DNA of 53,866 bases, filler included, from Sphacelaria rigidula (taxonomy: Eukaryota): NCBI GenBank assembly GCA_964200075.2. It is 4 parts of 4 records of this genome, joined end to end, with 100 filler letters (N's around TTAATTAATTAA, not from the genome) between each part and the next. Parts side by side here need not be neighbours in the genome. Positions count along the whole stretch, not along the records: positions 40,478 to 53,866 come from CAXNAA020002915.1; 3 more parts are not named here. One strand, given 5' to 3'. Below, in pieces: positions 51,001 through 53,866 of the stretch (positions are counted from its first letter, which is position 1; every line of letters begins with the position of its first letter). A model generated the notes under the pieces. It made no database searches. It was not told where the DNA came from and worked only from the letters and a program-made list of their open reading frames with translations. A program made the position numbers and the translations under genes.

Positions 51001-51414
51001 CACCGACGGGTGGGTTTCATATCCACCTCATGGACAAGGCCTGCACACAAGGGAGCAGGAAGGATTGTGGCTTGCCTGTTGAACATGGTGAAAATGAACT
51101 ACAATTCATCGTCTCACTGTCGAACCCTACGATACTCACCGTTCAGTCTTCCCATGCCGTTGACCTGTCAGCTTGATTTGTTGTAACGTGCAGCGAAAGC
51201 GTCTGTGCCTGACGTAGGTAATCATGTGCTCGCAGTCTCTTGAATTTTCGGCAGATCTCACACAACCGTGGTTCCGGCTGTCCACAATATGCAGGTGAAA
51301 ATGGCGTGGCTGTTTGACAGTGTGGAGAAGGGTCTTCAAGTGGATCGCACAGCTTTTTGCGTTGGACTTCCGGGAGCAGGAGACGTCGAGATTGCCCAGA
51401 GCCAAGACTGGTAG
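40907..51414 (+). CDS. Tandem-BRCT DNA-damage mediator protein (MDC1/PTIP/53BP1-like architecture) with a long disordered basic region and an AT-hook; 5' end missing
   Basis: Phase-compatible GT-AG exons: 40907-43527, 44300-44418, 44799-44924, 46512-46639, 46979-47141, 48418-48477, 50274-50525 and 51295-51414. BRCT1 reads VIRIAFSGL...FTHLVIP...RRTLKVLFALC...VVTVAWLYASLGAGFFVD. BRCT2 reads ISGERVML...PPQDVSENLVRAAGAEI...VVKMAWLFDSV. AT-hook KRGRPK at ~42790. The donor of the first exon is the least certain boundary. Confidence 0.85.
43758..44019. mobile_element. MITE, diverged copy of 9560-9825, intronic
   Basis: Colinear similarity over ~260 bp. Confidence 0.65.
45195..45478 (-). mobile_element. 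tRNA-derived SINE (same family as 13267-13393), intronic; partial inverted copy at ~46325-46425
   Basis: The minus strand reads ccgcgtccccgtggtttgat...gtgggttcgattcccgatgcgttgggtttttt. The segment gacccaatccgcga...ctcgtcc is shared with 46325-46425. Confidence 0.7.
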
Positions 51415-52527
51415 TCGAAAACACGAGGACGGCGTATGGCGACGGAGAAGGAGCGCGCCGCCTCTGATGCGTTGTCCAGCCGCTTTTTATTTTCGAGAAA
51501 AAAATTGAGTGGCTGGGAAAGTGAAAGACGGGGTTGAGATGTTGCCAATATTTCACATGTTTTCCCCCCTGGAATATGAACTCTTTGCTTCTCTAGAAAA
51601 TTGAGACTGGGAGAGTCCCTAGCCTGACAGGGTAATTCGCGTCAGCAAGGGCACTGCACGGTTCGAAAAACACGGTTTGTCTTGCGCTGAAGAGGTGGGG
51701 AGGAATTAGGAAAATAGCCGACAAAAGGTATGATGCCCCGACAGACCAAGAAACATGACCACGGGGGAAAATGCGCTTTCAAGTGCTTGGTGAGGCACAT
51801 GGAGTACGACAGGAGTGGCCCGCACATCAAGTTTTGGACATGTTGCACATATTAGGGGGGGTGACCCCCAGATCCCCAAAATCCGCCAACATGGGCGCGG
51901 GTACGGCTGAGTGGAGTGCCGTTGACTCGGGGCCATCGAAAGGGCGGGGCAGTCTTGTGTGTGGTTTGAATCAAGCGATATATTGATTTCGCTGTCATTG
52001 CCGATCACGTTTTTGAGTGTTGACATTGCACCAGAGGATGGGGACAAAGTGTTCGAGAGTCTTTATTTTTTTCCCCGTCCCTTGTGCCGTGGAGATGGGT
52101 TTAACTGCATCAGGTAGGATAGATATCGCTGAAGTCCGCCGTGTTTTGTAGACATGATGAAAGATTTGGTGTTCACGTATTTAGGGTCGCTCTCGGCGTA
52201 TCGTTTGAGGAGGAGGCAGACGCTGAGACCAGAAGAGGAGAGAAAAATATGGCTCATCTGTTTGTTGCCGCGGCGACTTCTTCTCCCATCTCTGTCGCAT
52301 GATTATACTGAAATGTGGAAGCAAATGTTACCAGCGCGAAAAGAGGTGTGTGAGAACCGTCTCCACATTCATGGTTTAGCGAATATGATTCACCTCAATC
52401 ACCCTCCCTTTTCATTCATAGCTCTACGATGATAGCAGCATACATTCACTCAGCGAGGCTCGGTAGGTTATCTTGTCATTCCGTCTTCGATACGACGAGC
52501 GCACAGAGTGCACTCCAAACTACAGCC

Positions 52528-52935
52528 GACACGGGATTTCACAACTTGGCGATGAAAACCCGGAGAAAAAAAATCTTCGTGCCCACACCAAATCTTCGAA
52601 GTATGCTTCCATTTCTTCACCTGCTGCTAGCTGCAACTACTGCACGCCATACAAATTTGGATTTCGGTAACCTTAATGTCGGGGCCCTAGGTGAAGCAAC
52701 AATTTTGGGGGATGTAGGTGTCCGATCGGACGCAAAAACTGGTTTTTCACCGAGGACCCCGATATTTCGATTAACGGAGTCCAAATATGTATGGCGTGTA
52801 GCAGTTGTCGTTAGCTACCAGCAAGTGAAGAAATGGAAGATACTTCGAAGAGTTGGTGTGGATACGAAATTTTTTAATTCTGCGGGTTTTCATCCCCAAT
52901 ATAAGATCCATCCCCAATTTGTAAAATCCTGTGTA
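52528..52935. mobile_element. ~408-bp fold-back MITE (GACACGGGATTT terminus), 4-bp TSD AGCC
   Basis: Arms of ~170 bp, e.g. tcttcgaagtat/atacttcgaaga and cacgccataca/tgtatggcgtg. Flanked by agcc on both sides. Confidence 0.8.
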
Positions 52936-53866
52936 AGCCTGTGACCGGTTGGTTGCGTGTGACAGGCATGCTGTATTTGACTGTAGACGGGGATACTGCT
53001 CCTGAGGGAAGGATGATCCTCTCATCGTCGGCGTTCTCGTCGAAAACGACCCTGCGCCCTCGAAAAGCCCCGTTCCAATTCCAATTTTGCAATTGGTTGT
53101 TGTCTCAGGCTATTCCAGATCAAGTATTGGATTTCTGTGACAGAATCACGAGCAGAACTTTTCGAGAACTGTAGATAACAAACAGAACTTGAGAACCGCT
53201 CAAAACATGACCCCATTAACTGGAGTACAGGGTGGTACACTCAGCACAAGATAACTCTGCAGTGGTGTATGAAGCGCAGAGTACCACACTGAACACCAGA
53301 CAACACGGCAGTTCTGCAGTGTTTTGTAGTTTTGAAACCTGAAGACGGATTATATACTACAGTACGAGTATGCATCAGCTTTACACGTGGACAAATAGCA
53401 CCCTGTAAGACGAGCTGCACAGGGTTCTTCGCAGTCTTTATGAAAAAACCCTGTGTAGCATTTGTAAACCCTAGTACCTGTAATAGCATTTTGCATAGCG
53501 TTGTTGTCGAAACCCTGCAAGCAACCCTGTGGAGAGGCTTCCCCAATTTGGAAAATTCCAAATTATTTTGGTACAAGATCTGTAAATTTATTTTTTTGGG
53601 ACAGCTTCTCCTGCTGTCCGAGATGAATTCCTTTTTGCCCGATTTGAACGCTTCACAGGGTTCAAGGAAATTGTGCAGGGTTTCTCGCGGGAATTTGACT
53701 GTAGGGTATTATTTTGTGCCACACAGATCTATTTCGAACAGCTTCTTCTGCTGCGCAAATCCCATGCACACTGAACAGTGTTTTCGTGAGATTGAGAGTA
53801 GACGATACGATTGAGAATGGCTTTGATCATTCGCTTTGAGTGAGTCATTTTTTTATTCCACGTGTG

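Overview
Eukaryotic, repeat-rich DNA, most likely from a brown alga or related stramenopile. This is inferred from long GT-AG introns, TTAGGG motifs, ~50% GC and tRNA-headed SINEs. The window is not contiguous: four contigs of nearly identical length (1-13393, 13494-26886, 26987-40377, 40478-53866) are joined by 100-nt N/TTAATTAATTAA linkers. Contig 1 has a ~4.9-kb array of ~31 x 159-bp units that is a decayed 53-aa repeat-protein ORF on the minus strand with codon-coherent hypervariable positions. It also has the last four exons of a 2xGST_N/glutaredoxin-like gene, whose introns carry concatemeric fold-back elements. Contig 2 is mostly decayed, unidentified coding-like DNA plus small repeats. 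Contig 3 is a degenerate Ty3/Gypsy element with nested MITEs, including a TIR element that carries telomeric repeats. Contig 4 holds an 8-exon, 5'-truncated gene for an MDC1/PTIP-like protein with an AT-hook and tandem BRCT domains, ending in an H2AX-like SQDW-stop tail. All calls were made by eye; no searches were run.
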